The translations under genes were made by a program, and so were the position numbers. A stretch of 64,000 nucleotides of DNA from Heterodontus francisci (Eukaryota), in the NCBI RefSeq assembly GCF_036365525.1, contig NC_090404.1:4216001-4280000 (forward strand), written 5' to 3'. The notes beneath the pieces were generated by a model, which saw nothing but the letters and a program-made list of their open reading frames with translations, made no database searches and was not told the origin of the DNA. Of this stretch, positions 62,175 to 64,000 are shown in pieces (the stretch's first letter is position 1; every line of letters begins with the position of its first letter).

Positions 62175-64000
62175 GAATATAAGAAATAGGAGCAGGAGTC
62201 GGTCATTCAGCCCCTCGAGCTAGCTTTGTTGTTCAATCAGATTATGGGCTGATCTGCTCATGACCTAAACTCCACTTTCCTGCCTGTCCACCATAACCCT
62301 TGACTCTCTTATAGATCAAAAATTTGTCCAACTCACCTTTGAATATATACAATGACCCAGCTTCCACTGCCCTCTGGGGAAGAGAATTCCAACCACTAAC
62401 GACACTCTGAGAGAAGAAATTCCTCTTCCTCCGTCTTAAATGGGAGACCCCTTATTTAGAGACTGTGCCCCCTAGTTCTAGATTCCCCCATGAGGGGAAA
62501 CATCCTCTCCGCAGCTACCCTTTCAAACCCACTCAGAATCTTATATGTTTCAATAAGGTCATCTCTTATTCTTCTAAACTCCAATGAGTATAGGCCCAAC
62601 CTACTAAACCATTTCTCATACGACAGCCCTTCATCCCAGTCACTGGACTAGTAATCCAGATGCCCAGGCTAGTGCTCTGAGGACATGGGTTAGAATCCCA
62701 CCACGGCAGATGGTGAAATTTGAATTCAATTAATAAACCTGGAATTGTAAATACTAGTCTAATGTTGACCATGAAACCATGTCGATTGTTATAAAAACCC
62801 ATCTGGTTCACTCATGTCCTTTCGAGAAGGAAATCTGCCGTCTTTGCCTTGTTTGGCCTACATGTGACTGCAGACCCAGAGCAATGTGGTTGACTCTTAA
62901 AATGCCCTCTGAAATGGCCTCGCAAGCCATTCAGTTCAAGGCCAAATAAAGATGGGCAATAAATGTTCCCCTGGCCAGCGATGCTCGTGTCCCATGAACA
63001 AATAAAAGAAAGGGAATCGGCCTAGTGAAACGTCTCTGAACTGCTTCCAATGCAAGTACATCCCTCCTTATGTAAGAACACCAAAACTGTACCAATGCCC
63101 TGTACAGTTGCAGCTAAAGTTCCCTACTTTTATACAGCACCTTCCTTGCAATAAACACCAACATTCCATTTGCCTTCCTTATTACTTGCTGTACCTGCAT
63201 GCTAACTTTTTGTGATGCATGTAAAAGGATACCCAGATCCCTCTGTACCACAGCATTCTGCAGTCTCTCTCCCTGTAAATATTATTCTGCTTTTCTATCC
63301 TCCTGCATTATACTCCATCTGCCAAATTCTTGCCCAGTCTCTTAACCTATCTATATCTCTTTGCTGACAGTTGTGTCTTCCTTACAACTTGCTTTCCGAA
63401 CAATTGTCCACACATTTGGCTACATACACTCGGTCCTTTCATCCAAGTCATAAATATAGACTGTAAATAGTTGAGGCCCAAGCACTGATCCCTGTGGCCG
63501 TCCACTTGTTGTGGTTTGCCAACCTGAAAATGTGCCATTTACCCTGTCTCTCTGTTTCCTGTTAATTATCCAATCCTCTTTGTATGCGAACATATTACCC
63601 CCAACACCATGAGCTCTTATCTTGTGTAATAAACTTTTTTGTGGCAGCTTATCGAACGCCTTTTGGAAATCCAAAAGCACAACAACTGTTGGTTCCATAT
63701 TATACACCCTGCTTGTTACATCGTCAAAGCACTGTAATAAATTTGCAAAATACAATTTCCTTTTCATAAACCATGTTGACTCTACCTGGTTGCATGATAG
63801 AGTCATGGAGTCATACCGGTACAGGAGGAGGCCATTCAGCCCACCGAGTCCATGCTGGCTCTCTGTAGAGCAATCCAATCAACCCTGTTCACCAGTTCTA
63901 TCTCTGTAGCCCGGAAAATGTATTTCTCTCAAGTGCTCATCCAATTTCCTATTGAAATCATTCATCATCTCTGCTTCCACACTCTCGTGGGCAACAAGTT
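62175..64000 (-). mobile_element. CR1 LINE fragments with a nested tRNA-derived SINE (~62640-63010, + strand)
   Basis: [22 protein letters not shown]; SINE head cactggactagtaatccag...gggttagaatcccacc. Confidence 0.85.

Overview
Eukaryotic genomic DNA from a cartilaginous fish. The Ig leader and constant exons closely resemble horn shark (Heterodontus) IgM as I recall them; no search was run. The window has three parts. (1) 2.2-11.9 kb holds five decayed T-cell-receptor alpha/delta-type V pseudogenes with 23-bp-spacer RSSs or RSS remnants, one on the minus strand and four on the plus strand. (2) 21.3-36.9 kb holds one complete minus-strand IgM heavy-chain cluster: L-VH-D-D-JH-Cmu1-4, secretory tail, TM1 and TM2. 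(3) The remainder is CR1 LINEs, Penelope elements, V-SINE/Deu-SINEs, satellites and microsatellites. The key observation is that the D region appears to carry both products of a RAG-type inversional recombination. One is a perfect heptamer-to-heptamer signal joint (CACTGTG|CACAGTG, 23-RSS fused to 12-RSS, at 36003/36004). The other is a reciprocal coding joint in which an inverted D1 is fused to JH with 2 palindromic nucleotides (35204-35205). The ~800-bp D1-D2-JH-RSS block is therefore flipped, yet the cluster still has a 12/23-compatible V-D-J layout.
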